From positions 186,001 to 250,000 of the forward strand of contig NW_020843568.1 in the NCBI RefSeq assembly GCF_003704095.1: DNA of 64,000 nt, read 5' to 3'. Shown here one piece after another: positions 34,385 through 48,216 of this stretch. How positions within the stretch are numbered: position 1 is the first letter of the stretch; each line of letters begins with the position of its first letter. The stretch is from Pocillopora damicornis (taxonomy: Eukaryota). The notes beneath the pieces were generated by a model, which had not been told where the DNA came from, did not search any database, and saw only the letters and a program-made list of their open reading frames with translations. The position numbers and the translations under genes are program-made.

Positions 34385-37300
34385 TCAGCCGTAACAAATT
34401 AGCTTTATAACATTTTTGAGCTCGTTACTAACACCACTGCTACACCCGCCATCATCTTCATCGCGACGTCGACGCCGACGGCGGTCATCACATTCGTCAT
34501 CACCATCATCATCACGACGACGACGACGACGACGTTTGCGGTCGTCGTCGTTATTGTCTTCGTCATCATCGTCGTCACAGCACTTGCCTCCTGAACTGGG
34601 CTCGAACGTCAGAATAAGAACGCGGTCATTTTGCCCGGCAAGTATTCGAAGCCCAGGGATGTTGATTGAGTTAGCTTCGCCTATTCCTAGGCCGATAACT
34701 CTTGCATTGAAAGTCTGGGAGGAATTAAACAGATATCATTTTAGAACTTAGACAGGTTAGAGTTGTTAATCTAATTCTCATTAGGACCAACAACAATTCA
34801 GAGAGTAGTATGTAAATTTCCTGAAGCACTAGGAGACGCGTTTTTTCAATTATCTCATTGTTTTGATTTTGCATTTGATAGGAGGTGTGCGGGTTTTTCC
34901 AGACCAATGTCATCACGCATTATTCTCGAGTTCGGTAGTCAGTTAAAAATTTCTCCTTATTATTAAGAGCAAATCGAGATATTGCAAACACTGACTGAAA
35001 GACTTGCAATGATTTGAATTTATCGTTCAACAGTGTTGAACGGCCGTGCAACAGTCGAAGCTTCGCGATTAACAACTGACAGCCACTATTACGCCATGAA
35101 AGGCAATCAGGAGTCCAATTTCTGAACACTTTTTTCGCTTAGAATCCGGAATCCATAGCTGTGATCCTTTTTTATAGTCATCCTTGCTCTTATTCTCTCT
35201 CCATATCTCCTCCATTGGGAACGAGTTTTTTGTTATAAATAAAGATTGAAATTTAAAGTTTATGTGAACTTAGATTGGAACTGAATTAATACGAAATCAA
35301 ATGAATTTGAAAGGTTGAAAGGAATGGAATGGAATCCGGAATCCGAACAAGTGGAATATGGAATTCAGTGCGATTTGCAATGTTACAACTGGGCTAGTAA
35401 ACACTACAACATTACTAATCATTTCCTCAACTATACTCACATCTCTCAATTCTTGAGCGGGGAGAACAAGTGAATCAGTTCCATTAAAATTAACACCATC
35501 AGTTACAAAAACGACTACTTTTTGTGCTGTATCACGGTTTGCGGAGCTAAGTAAATCCTTAGCTTCTTCTATTACTGTATCTATCACTGTAGAACCAGCC
35601 GTAAATTGTAAGCCGTTAATCTGTGTCTTAATCCCAGATCGAGATGTTGTTACTTTATCACTGAAGCTTGATGCCAGACTGTTAATCCGGTCATCAAAGG
35701 CTAAGACGATGACCCGCGCACCAGATGTTTTGGAGATTTTGATGTTATCCACTAACGTCGACAGAAATGTCTGTAGTTGTGTGAATTGATTGTCGTCCAT
35801 GCTGCCAGACACATCTGCTGCTATTATGATGTCTAACTTCTTACTGCATAAATTTGCTGGGAAAGGAAAGGAAAGGATGAATCAGTCATAGAGCATGGTT
35901 GACAGAGCTCAAAACATATAAAGTAAGCCCAGCCAAAACACATATCTCTCCACACTTTCTTGTTGTTAATCATTGCCGGTCCAAGAAGCAACATGCAGTA
36001 ACCTTTACTCTAAAGAGTTCACCGCATATAGAGCAGTTTTCAACTGATCAAGTTTCAAAAAACCAAGACCAAATTAGTCACAACTACCACTTAGAGCAAA
36101 GGTTTCCGTCATCATGAAACCAGTGAGAACTTAACGTAAAAACAGACAGCCTGGTTGAGACGCGAGAAAACGCGAGTGACCAAGTCGGGATTGGCTATAC
36201 TTTCCTTGGTTACAGTTTGATTGGTTGAGATTGTGGTGCAAGATCAAAGTAAAGCAAAACCAAAGCAATGCAGGATCATTTTCGATACTCAATTGAAAAG
36301 TGCTCTATCTATCTTTTCAGTTCAATCCGGTTTTAGTAGGTGGCCCAGGGAAAAAGGAATGTTTTGCCCCCGAACTGAAAATCATAAGTGGGTTATGTTA
36401 TGATTGAAGCAAGACAAGGGAATTGTTGTCATAAATTGAGACACTTCAGCCTTCAAATTTGCTATTTTCATTTCATGAAAAAATGAGATGGTTGAAATTG
36501 AACACGGACCAGAGTTCATGTATTCGTGACAAGAAGAAAGTCTTGGCTGTCTTCTACCATAACAACGCCAGCTATATCTGTTTCACTGACGTCTTGGAAG
36601 AGTGGCTAGCACTAAACTCTAGTATGTTTATCTTAATAAGAGTTATGACATCAAAGACGGCACAAAAATGTGCCAGGCTCGAGGAACTTGGCCAATATAA
36701 GGCAGTTCAAACGCCAAGGAGAGTGAGTAGCATATTTTTCATTATAATTTTCTCCAAAGTTCAACCTATTTTCAGATGGCGATAGTTGTCTATCGCCACA
36801 CCCAGACACATCCTTGAAAACTTCGAAAACCATTGACGCTGATTCAATGTTTCCAAGCGATATTTCGCTCATAGGAAGAAATTTTCACTGCTCATAAATT
36901 TTGCACGTGACAAGAACACGTTCACAATCAAATATTATTAATTACAACAATATGAGACCTTTTATGAAAAGAAAGCACGCTTGACCTGGTGACTTCACGA
37001 TGCCTTTTTCAAAAGAATACTTTTGTGAAGAAAAATATTCAAATTGATTTTAAAGGTGAAACATATTACCTGTAGTGTTCAAAATAATACGTAGCTTTAC
37101 CAATGTCTCGGAGTCTAGTAACATAGCATGCGTAGTATCTAGCTGTGTGCAGTTTGACACTCATCACAACAGCTCTAACGAAACAGAATGCATGACTTTT
37201 CATGACTGAGTTATTTCGTCTTCATACACTAAAAATGGATTGAAACATGAACTTATCGAACATACATCAAGTATATATACTGTCAATCCGCTGGTGATAA

Positions 37301-39137
37301 AAAAGGAAACTGTTTCGAAATAATTGTAGGATTTACTGCACCAGGACAGAACCGATCTAGCAGTTAAAAAAATTATTAATGTAACTTGGAAATTATTTTG
37401 ATCCCAGAATGACCTTATTAGCCTTCCAAGTTGTTGTTTGTTGTCATATTGTGCGGAATTTGGGTAAGCTAAATTATTTTAGTTTCCACTGATAAAACAT
37501 CAGATTATGTTCCCCTATCCTTCTATGAATAGCAACTTCCTTTATCAGTGATTGCACGTCATTCCATGCACTGTTAGACTTAAATTCCACCATATCTTTA
37601 AACTTACTAGTATTTAGTTGCATACCAAAGTGTACATCATCATTTATTTCTTTTCCTTGTCACGTGAAGCTTTGACTGGGCTTCAGGATAGCATTTCTGA
37701 CTAGTGACTGAGTCAAAATTGTGGTTTACCGCGGCACTTCTGTTAAAAATAAGCTTAACTTCTATTTCCGGCGGTGGTTCCAAATCGAGCAACAACAGTC
37801 AAAGGGATTTCCTCTCTCAGATATTGAAAGGAAACACCTGTGTAGTTTTTTTTAATCAATAAGAAGAAGTTATATGAGTTTAACGGAAGCGAAGTTCCAG
37901 AAGTTTCCAAAACCACTAACAAAAGAAAAGTTAATTTCACCTCTCAATGAGTTTCTAATTGTATACTCTTTCAACTTTTTAAACTTTTCAACCTGATCGA
38001 GGTAATGTTGCAAAAAAACCCCTCTAACATAATATCATAAATCGATTTAAAAACTTCAAAAACACACCAGAAACACACAGGCATTTTCTTATTCAAAGAG
38101 TATTTTTGGTATATATTTTCATAGGAAAGACACTTGATATTAGCACCCTTCATGGCTGAACAATACAAATACTAGAAGACTGTTTATTTCGTTGTTACTT
38201 TTTGGTTTATCATATCTTTCAAAGAAGGGATAAACAAGTTTGCCAAGCTTTTGTCGTATTTACCAAAGAGGGAGGCATCAAATTCAAGTTGCTAGATTCA
38301 CTTTCCCAAACTGGGCCGCGAAAGTCCATCGAAGTCCATTGGACAAAAATGACGATATCATAATAACCTTCATTAGTTGATCAATAAAAGACTGATTTCA
38401 TTCTAGGATTAAATATTTGCCTTATTGCAGGAACTGAACCAATTCGTTATTAGTTCTAATTTTATCTACAACCTGAAAACTATGATAGAAATCGGCACCT
38501 GAAGGTGGTTAATGGCTCCGGAGAAAAAACGTTTACATAACTTAAGAACGAACAAAGTTCCTGTCACGAGTGCAATGATCATGCGTCTTCAATTTGCGCC
38601 TTTACAAAAACACTTAAAGCTGAAAAAGACTTTTTATAAAGACTAATTATAATTAACTTATCTAAGAGGTCAATGATAAATCTGTTATTTTAGTTGCCCC
38701 GCCGACGCTATAAAACAGTCTCTTTAGAAACCCAATTCTCACCGCATATTTAGTTCCCTCTCAGGGAGGTAATATCCTTGAATAGATACGACTTTGAAAT
38801 TTAACTTTTTCGCCAAGCCAATTTTCAGGTAACTGGTACACGACAGCATCATACAAAGCCAAAAAACTTGCGAGTGAGTTAACAGACTAAATGAACCCAG
38901 AAATAGGATAAAACTATCACTTTTATAAAAGCATGTACTCACCTCCTACTTCTCCGCTAACACACAAAATCACAAGGATAAGAGCAGCGCCTACAACTAA
39001 GAAGTTAAAAAACACAGAAAGGCGTCAAAATCATTCCCTAAAAACCTGCACTTTACGCCTTGTATATGTGAAGCTTGTTTATAAATCCAGCCAAGTTATT
39101 CTGCGATAAATAAAAACATCTTACTTTTCCTCGCCAT
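34385..39137 (-). CDS. Secreted single-VWA protein (about 270 aa) with an alternating poly-Asp/poly-Arg insert. Exons: 39137-39125, 38996-38943, 35856-35441, 34714-34385
   Basis: Phases 1,1,0 join to give MARKIVGAALILVILCVSGEVGA-NLCSKKLDIIIAADVSGSM...GSTVID...VFVTDG...ELRD|TFNARVIGLGIG...VLILTFEPSSGGKCCDDDDDEDNNDDDRKRRRRRRRDDDGDDECDDRRRRRRRDEDDGGCSSGVSNELKNVIKLICYG*. The two 5' exons are less certain than the two VWA exons. Confidence 0.82.
36029..36307. mobile_element. TA-flanked MITE (Tc1/mariner-type ends) in an intron of the second VWA gene
   Basis: TAGAGCAGTTTTCAA ... TTGAAAAGTGCTCTA: 15-bp inverted ends with one mismatch. Confidence 0.6.
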
Positions 39138-39224
39138 GCTGAATTTCTGCCAAGACGGCAACTTTCGTCTAATATCTACAAGCTCTACTGCAGTAATAAA
39201 TGGGTCACATTTTATTCTAGTCTA

Positions 39225-39232
39225 CTTTTATA
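39225..39232 (-). promoter_or_regulatory. Candidate TATA box of the second VWA gene
   Basis: TATAAAAG about 90 bp upstream of the inferred ATG at 39137. Confidence 0.5.
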
Positions 39233-42200
39233 TTGAACCAACCCGCAAGCACTCAAAATCTGTCATTTACTCTTTCTGTCCAATAACCGGCCAGTATTGC
39301 TGCACTCGTCTTTTTATCTTCCTTTCCGCGAACGTACGCGTTTTAATAATAGATACAAGCGAATATTTCATGGGAATATCAATTTTTCTTAATGACCCAG
39401 TGTTGTTATGTTGCATAATTCTGTTTCCTGTAGATTTGAATGTTGTGGATTTCTTTCGTTCTTTTTTATTAAATTGTACTGGTGAAATTACTCAATATTA
39501 GCTAAATATTTGCAACTTAAGGAAAACGTCATCACCTTTCAAGATAGTGGCTCTTTCAAACAACTTTGAAGAGGACATCGTGATGTTCTCAAATTTTTTT
39601 CGTGGGAAAAATTATGTTCAATGATGACCATTCCTCTGGTAATTAAAGATATCAAAAATATATCTACTGTTTAAATAATGCAATTTCTAGTTCTCTGTGT
39701 TATTATGCTGTTGAAACTCTATTCAAAGAAAAGAAAGGGTTTTTTTTTAACTTTGGGTACAGAAGTACAGTTATATTGATTGTCCAAAACGCATGAGAGC
39801 AGAGCTCTCACGTTCTGTAGGTTTACCGGCGTTGGAACCCACGCCAGATGTTGTTACACGGAGCAAAATGCAAGGTTTGTAGAACAAGAGCCGAAATGTG
39901 GGTTATTCATATCGGAGTTAAGTGTCCGCCCAACTAGCCTAAGAGGGTTGTTCATGCTGGTAAACCGATAGAATAAGCATTCTTCTGCTTTTGAAACTTT
40001 TAGTTTTCTATGATCTCACCACTTTAAAAACGAGACACATTTTGACCAATAACTGCATGGAGTTGCTCAATTATTTCGTGATTTAAGACGGACTTTCTGA
40101 GAGGTTGTCCAAATTCAATTACTGCTGCTCAAATTATAAATAACAACGATATAAATAATTGCCTTTATTCTTTTCAAATCATAACAATTACCAATTGTTT
40201 AAGCCAACGTAACAATCGTCTTTCCTTATTCAATTTTCTCAGGTGTATTAAGACAATTATCGGCTAATCAGAAATACAAAAAGACCCCCCTGAATGATGC
40301 GTTCAACATATTTCTAACCAGGGGAGTTTTATCACTCTGGTCTTCAAGGTGTCTTACTCTGTTATGGCCTGTAAAGTTGGAAAAGTGATCTATGAATATT
40401 TAATTTTATTTTATGGTAGACACGAAGAGGTTCTTCACCAGACTTAATAACCGCTTAGGTGGAACACTTCAGTAACAATAGAAGTTATGTCTCATTCACT
40501 AATTAGCGTCAAGATCGGTGAGGGTGAATCGTTTAAGAAGTAACCTGAAAATTTGCTCTAACTCAGTTAAAGGTTGAAAACAACTGATCAATGGATCCTT
40601 TGCAGGAATGCTGTTTACATATGCAATTCTCTGGTCAAAGGCTGGTTATTTATTTTCTAACGGTATGCATTACTTTTAGTTCAAGGCAGACGTTTTCGTA
40701 AAACAATCATTCATTTTCAATGCAAGGTAGACATAACATTGCTCCTATTGTTCAGCTCTCATACTTTACGGTTGGTGCAGCGAAGTACATCACTCCATGA
40801 AAGACTATTCTCTGGAACATTTATTCACAATAATCACTTTTTCTTGACATTCGTTTGTTTAGACACTAGACACTCACGGCTCTGGTATTTCAGGTCGGTC
40901 CCTTTACGTAACACTACATATACTCAGCAATATCTTGGATGGTTTGTCCGGTAGATGCTAAGGAAATTAAACGCTTTGCCGCTCTATTCATCCGCTGGCT
41001 TTCTCAAGCTGAGTCAGCGAACACCCACTTCGATTACATAAGAGCAGCTACGGAAAATTTTGAAGGGTTTGTATTTGAGAGTGCCATAGGAAATTAACGG
41101 CCTTGGATAACTTGTTTTTTTCGAAATGCCTCTGCCTTTTATTACCGTCTATTCGTTTTTTACTTAACAGTTTTGTGGTGAACTTTCAGCCAATTCCCTT
41201 GGTTTTCAACTCTCTCCGAAATTCCTAACCCATAAAAGCGTGTAATCAATCATTTTTGATATTTTCGACGTGATCACTTTTACGCAACATAATCTTCACC
41301 TGCTCGTTGGGTCTTGAGCCATTTCCTTTCCTGAAGAAACGCCTATGTGAAGAACCTGTTGAATATCCAGCAGCACTGTTTATTAAAAAAATTATTCAAG
41401 GTGCCAGCTACAGTTACGAAACGCGCATAATTTTATGCCTCGCCGTGTTTCGAAATGATCCTGTTTCGATATCAAACATCAACAACATATTTGAAGAAAG
41501 AGTCCTACATCTACCGTAGGCATCCGAATATTTTCGCAAATTATGAAGCAACCTCGCCCCTTGATCAGCTTGAAAAAAAAACTGATCATTTGACCAACGA
41601 CATTGATCTGTCCTTGTCGTGCTTGTCCACACGAAAATACAGTGGAATCAGTTGTTTAGGGCCAATATAATTAATGATTGCCTCTTAACGGCTCACATAT
41701 GATCATAAATTAAATTGTCGATTGTTTGATAGTTGATTGAGTTTACAGAGTAAAGTTTGACATGATCTAAGCACGTCAAAACTTCGTTAGTGGACTGCAA
41801 TTTCTTCAATTCCATGTGACGAAAAAAATGCACGTGCATGTTGAACAGCAATGAGTGATTTCGTTCATTATAAAATTGAATTCTGCGATGCGTGATCGTT
41901 AATCAATGCTTTTTTCCGTTTTTAATTAGGCAAGGAAAATGACGTTGGCACGAAATGCTATAAAAATGGCGTTCCCTTCCGCTCTGCCCTCCAAATACTT
42001 TTTAAAGAGATTTTGGTAGGTCTTGAATGAATGTGAACGTGTTGGGAAATCATAAACCATGACTTTTTTTCCTTTCCGTCACGAGATATCTTAATGTCGT
42101 TAGTTTCCCTTTGGAATTTTTTAAGTCAATGATTGCGATCCTTAGAGTAAAGCTTTAAAACAGCATGTTACCTATTTTATGGTCAAAACCGCACTCCAGA

Positions 42201-43787
42201 TATTCTGGTCCCTAATTGGTCCTAATTAGCTCATTGGTTTGAACGACGGTCTCGATGAGGTCAACCGAGTGCATCAAAAGTCCAGAACGAACCCTTTCCC
42301 CCCCCCCCCCCCTTTTACTCCTGTGATACCTTACTCTTTTAAGAAAGAGCTTGAGCAATGCAGTGACAATGCAATAAAGCAATGTTTTCCGCAATTCATG
42401 AAAAAAGTTTTCGTTGATCATGCGTTTCTAATGACATTTGGGTGTGGTGGTTTTTTCTCGTTAGGCAGTCACTCTAAAAAAAACCATTTCATCGACAAAA
42501 TGTAAGTGGAAAAAACAGTATACGATACAGCTCTTGATATAGTTGAACTGTTAACCATAAGAACTCAGTAAGCCTTTATAAATTTCCGTGAGTGAACAAT
42601 TACTTCGTGAAATCAGCAGTTCCTGTTTTCACCGGATCGTTTGCAAGTTAAATTTTACAGGTTAGAGAAGGTCGAAGCCTCAAACCTCAGCAACCTTTCA
42701 CGATCAAATGGTCTGTATCGATACATTAGTCGGGGGCTTTAACCTCTCAGTTGAGTATAAAAGATGGTCAGCGAAAACCTTCTTCAGAAATTGCTGAACA
42801 AAGCTGACTTCGAAATTATTAGCCCCAGGTTTAATAACTGATATCAACTGCGGGAATGTTGACAATTTACAAAACAACTTAGACGTATTTACGATTCAAC
42901 TCTTGATCGGCGGCCTTTGAGCGGTAAAGTTATTTGAAGAAAAATATCAGAATTAAAAAAAACTGACGTAAAGTGGTTGCAAATGAGTCAAAAACGGAAG
43001 TCTGAAAAGGAGGGAAATATGTCTGAGAATTTTGGGTATTTGCGGTTGTGGTGAGATTGAATCTCTTGCGACTTGTCGGTTCCTCTCAATTCTGGCCAAG
43101 TCATTTGGTTACTGTCCTTCCCTATTCATGTTTTATTTTGAATTTTCTGAAATGCCTACGTGTACTTTTTAACGATGGAAAGTGATGTGCATTCTTTGTA
43201 GAACAAAAACAAAGCCATTTTATCAAACTCAATGATACAACAACGGTATTTGATGTCGTAGGAATGCATGACAGGGACAAGTAGTTTGACGTATATAGAC
43301 AGAAGAAGCGTATTGAATGTGTAGTTAATGTGTCTTCAAGCCAGTGAAATTGTTTCCTATCTCAATAAATGATTAGAAGAGTATTTAAGCTAAATTAACA
43401 AAACTTAACACAGCTAGCTTCATTACAGCCAAGCTCCAGTTCTTTTTCAAACTTATACTATTCCGTGACTTTCCGTTACCTTTTCCTATGACTCAGTCGA
43501 TGTTCATGACCTACGACCTAAAGATTGTTTCCAGAAAAAAAATGAAACTAAAAACCTTTCAATCAAAGTTATAGGTCTAAAATGAACATAATTATCAATA
43601 TTCTTCGTGGTCCATCACTTTTCAGGCAATTAACTCCACTCCCAATTTTTTGGTGTGCGGGCAATAAAAAATTTTTAAAAAAGTGTCTTTACTTCTATTA
43701 CATTGAAACACGTTAAATATATCATGTATATAAAATTTCATACATTAAATATCAACAAATAATTTCTTGGCTGCCAATGATCACGTT

Positions 43788-45064
43788 TTATACATTGTCA
43801 GTATCAACTTGACCAGTTTGTAATTCTTGACAACAACACGATGAAGAAGATGAATTGTCGTCTGTTTGCTGTGAGTCTTCTTCGAGTTGTCTGTAGGAGG
43901 GGAACTGGGTAAAAGTAGAGCTAGGATGACTGGGTGTGGGTTTAAGGTTGTAAACAATGACGCCCAATATTACTAATGCTAAAGATCCAAGGTACAGTGC
44001 TGAGAACTGAAACAAAGACAATATGATGAGAATTCTGTCACAAAATGTTTTCTAAAGAACTGCTATCAGCCATCCTTGACTTGTTTACATATTTCATCTC
44101 CTTAAAATATCCATACTTTATCCAGTAAACATGCGATGAGAATAAACAGTCCACAACAGGGGGTTAACCTTATATTATACCCTTGGATTTCCCCTGAGTA
44201 ATTTATAAGATAATGATCAAGAAGTAAGAAGAAAGTCTGTCTGAAATCCATCTTACTATTTTCACAGCTATGTCACTACCCAACAGTTAAGTATGAAGTG
44301 AGGGTGAAGCATGTAGTGAGTCTGGAGCATGGGAAACAATATGTTTTTGCTTCCTCTTCCCCCTTCGTTTATGCATTCAAGTTTGTCAAATCCCCTACAG
44401 CCCTTTCCTGGCTTATGCTCTGGAATTATTCATAAACGATGTGGAAGGTCAGTCAAGTGAATACTAAGAGATAAGTGACTCACCTTGTAATGGAACAGAA
44501 ATAATCCACAGAGTAAGCTGTAAAAGTCTGCTGTCAGTAGGGACAAGTTTACAACTGTGGCACTGCTGAACTTTATAGCAACAGGTACCAGGTTATACAG
44601 CAGAAACAAACAAAGTCCAAACCCAATGAAGTATAAAACTGAAAAGGAATTCAGGGCTTGATTAATTCACTAATGGCATTCAAATGCTAAATAATCTACA
44701 ATAAAATAATTATATATTATAACACAAAGGAAATATTTTAGAGGAATCAGTGTTTCATAACATTTCATCTTTTTAACCAATTTAATATAATCATTACAAA
44801 AGACAAGTAGTTAAAAAAAGCTCAATCAACCAACCAATTTTATAATCCCATTCAATGGCTGACAGTTGATTTCTTTCAAGAATCATCCTGATGAGAGAAA
44901 AATATATTAAGAAGAAATGTTACAATAAGCTGACCATATAAATAAATGCAAGTTTGGCAGAACAAAAATAATGGAGAGATTCCTTTTGAGGCCTTTGCCA
45001 CCACAAAATGAGGTTGGCCCCTTTACAATCCAGAACTAGTAACAAACATGTTCAAAAAAATAAT

Positions 45065-45105
<41 letters not shown>

Positions 45106-47727
45106 TAATTCATGGCATAAAACTCACATCTGAATTGCTGAGATAAAACTCCCAAAGAGTCCAATCATGCCAAGAAATTCAACTCTACTAAAGTTCTTTA
45201 CTACAAACTCCTCTGCAACATTCGAAATTCCATACATGATGGCTCCACACAACACCAGAACATCTCCTATGGCTTGATTTTTACCTGTAAAGGAGCAATA
45301 TCATAAGGGAAATTATCAATTAAAGAAAATCAGCCTCTTAATCATTTACATTTAGGCAGCTGATACAACTTGGAATCTAAATAATATTGATTAGAGACAT
45401 CAATATACAGTGTGTAATACAACATGACATCAAGAATTTTAGATCATTGGTTAATAGATTTGCTGAAATTTTTTACTACAAATCAAATGAAAATGTGTAA
45501 ACAGGAATTAAACTGAACCAAATAAATAATTTTGCCTTCTGCAAGAGAAGGAAAAACAAACCTTTGGAGAAAAATTTAAGGAAGGATGGAGAAGAAGAAT
45601 TAAAAAGAATTTAAAGAAATGGACAGCACTATAATCAGCATTGCAATTCAATAAATTACCTGCAAATTAGTGAGACACACACACCCAAACCTATTAAAAA
45701 AGCCTGCCCACAAATTCTTCTTTAGATCTTTTTTTTTTTCACACTTATTTACCCTAAAGATTGGAGAGCTTATTCTCCCAAATGATGACTTTCTCTAGTT
45801 GCCTATTTCTGACACTTTGGTGTTTCTTCAAGACAATATCTTTTTCGATAAGTGTCTACTTAATAATTTTTTTCTCACCTGTCTGATTAAAAGTATCAAT
45901 TACTAAAAGTGCAAAGTGAAGAGAATTCATTTGATGTTCACTCGTAGAATTGAAAGTATAATTTGACTGTATTTAGGCTGATAAACATAAATTTACAAAT
46001 TTTTTTATTTCTGAGTTTTACTCACCTGGACCATAATAGCGAGAACCAAAGTAATCTGCTATAACAAGACAAGCAATGCCAGCTAAACAGACGAGTACAC
46101 CAGAGTAATGGACAAACTGATAGCGTACTTTTAAGAATATCCAAGATAGAACTAAAACTGATACTAATGAGAAACAGTCCAAGACCTGTCAAAAATAGAA
46201 AGAGTCAATTGATCTACTTGAAAAAATGTCCTCAAATCATATGAATAAGCTGATTAAGCCATTGTTTATTACAAAGGAAGGAAATACAATGATATAGTGT
46301 TTAGCATGTTGTACTCCAGAGGAAGTTAGATCCAAGTTTGAGTTCTGACAGAGGTGTCATGTTCCTGGGAAAGACAATGAAATCTTGATGAACCTCATTC
46401 TAGCCTGGGTTATAGATGGATGTTGGTTAACTGTGAAATGGAGGGAGCAACTAGTAATGGACCAGCATAATCAAGTGAAGTGGGAGGAATAGCAAAACCC
46501 ATAAAAAAATTAATGCTGAGAAAATGCTATACCAGTGTAGGCCCTTTAGCACTTGATAGAGCTTTGCCCTTGACATAGAAGAGCAGGCACTTTGAAGTAA
46601 GATAAACTTGGTGTTTAGCAATAATATTAGCATCAATTTATCCCTGTAGAAGTATATGCCTTATTGGTGTATTCAACAATGATGCCTGAGTTAACAAGTT
46701 AGTTTCCTAGAAACTATCAAAACAATAATGTCCCTACACTTACTAATATTTATGTTTGTAATATTAAGTTTAATTTTCTTATTTTTGATGGTGACTCACC
46801 TGAATGCTGGTTAAATTTGTGTACTGATAAGCTTTAACAACCAAATAATTTGCCTCAACATCACAGAGTGAAATTAAAAAATATTTCCATCCTGTTTCAG
46901 TAAGTCTCTTTTTAAATTCCATAGGATGACAGGCCAGTGTGGTTGTGTGTATAAGTCCTAATAATAAATAGTTCAAGAAACTTTGTGTTGTTGGAATCTC
47001 AATGCCATAATCAGATGCCAAGAGCTGACTAAATACACCAGTACCACAAACGAGCCATGACAACAATTGACCAAGGGCAAGAATTCCAAGGAACCTCCTA
47101 AAGTGAAGCATACAATAGTCAAAATTCAAGAAGCATAAGTCCCTTGTGACAAGTAGGGTCCAGTTGTTAGTGTTCACTTTTTTACTCACACATCTGTTCT
47201 AAGAAGTCATATTGTATGCATGGTGTGGTGGCAATTTTCAATGACAGCTAATAGATCAAAACTGATCAACTATGACCATTTTATGCTACTTAGGTCTTAC
47301 AGCCAATGAGATCACAGCAAAACTGCCAATCAGTTTACATAAAGCAGACTTATAATATACCACTGATAGACAATTTTTGACTTAATTCTGATGATAGCTT
47401 TGGCTAAACACCCCGTTGGTTAAACCTCGGTGACCACAACAGTCCTTCTCATAACTACTCTCCCTCAGACAAAATGGCTAAAATTAAAACAATCTTAAGA
47501 GAGAGATGTCTTTCAAGATAGACTAAAACAACTTAAAAAGACAGAGTCGCTGAACAGGTCTCTCTCTGGCTCGATTAGCATATAATAGCGTTATTACAGA
47601 AAAATTATCGCTGACTTTTTTCACAAAATCAAGGGAATAATTCAAACATCATAAGTGTCACTTACCGCGTAAAAATGCGCTCAAAAAGTGGACGGATGTA
47701 ACTGCGTTCCACTTGTTCGTCCGCCAT
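43788..47727 (-). CDS. SLC35F2: Solute carrier family 35 member F1/F2. Exons: 47727-47666, 47097-46800, 46185-46026, 45284-45128, 44887-44835, 44638-44484, 44006-43788
   Basis: [51 protein letters not shown]|[35 protein letters not shown]; all phases are compatible. Confidence 0.93.
45067..45105. repeat. (AAT)n microsatellite in an SLC35F intron
   Basis: Read directly, about 13 units. Confidence 0.9.
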
Positions 47728-48216
47728 CTTGTCAAATTATATTTATGGGTATAATGACCATATTTGGAATGACTGCCTGCGGGGTTGTTATGATAAAGCG
47801 AACGCTGACGGTAAAGTTATTTTCGTGAAAGCGTAAAGATAGTTCGCAGGGTTTCACTTTCCAAGGTATTCAAAGTTACCCATACTTTTACTTAGGTAAG
47901 CAATTTATGAGAATGTTTTTACGTCCATGCCTTCTCGGTTGTCATAATAGATCCACGTTGAATATTTTACGACGTACTACTTCAACATTTGGTAGTACAG
48001 ATCTGTTTCCACCTTGTACATCTTGTTTTGTACTTGATTTTAGTCAAAGGAAGTTAGTTTGTGCTTAACGATAATGTAATTAATCGTTTTGGTTTATTTT
48101 CGTTGCAGAATTTTACAGATTTGAACTGAAAACAATTTCCCCACGGCCTGTTGAAATACACATGGCCACATAATAATAAAATTCTACAAAGTACTGAGGA
48201 TTTCACAAGTCTGAAG
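47728..48216. promoter_or_regulatory. Bidirectional promoter / 5'UTR region shared by SLC35F and RAB39
   Basis: Divergent ATGs are 490 bp apart. CpG is retained here relative to the gene bodies. Likely RAB39 5'UTR intron (AG|GTAAG at about 47896, TTGCAG acceptor at 48108). Confidence 0.6.

Noticed and set aside
34416-34751. Plus-strand 111-aa Ser/Arg-rich (protamine- or SR-like) ORF
   Set aside because: Non-ATG start; it is the antisense shadow of the D/R exon, whose minus frame completes the VWA fold with a proper acceptor.
37070-37138. Possible extra phase 1-1 exon of the second VWA gene
   Set aside because: It has a good donor (CAG|GTAAT) and an open frame, but the acceptor lacks a polypyrimidine tract and the model is complete without it.
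40739-41670. Cluster of short ORFs suggesting a pseudogene
   Set aside because: No recognisable motif or consistent splice structure; a BLASTx search would be needed.
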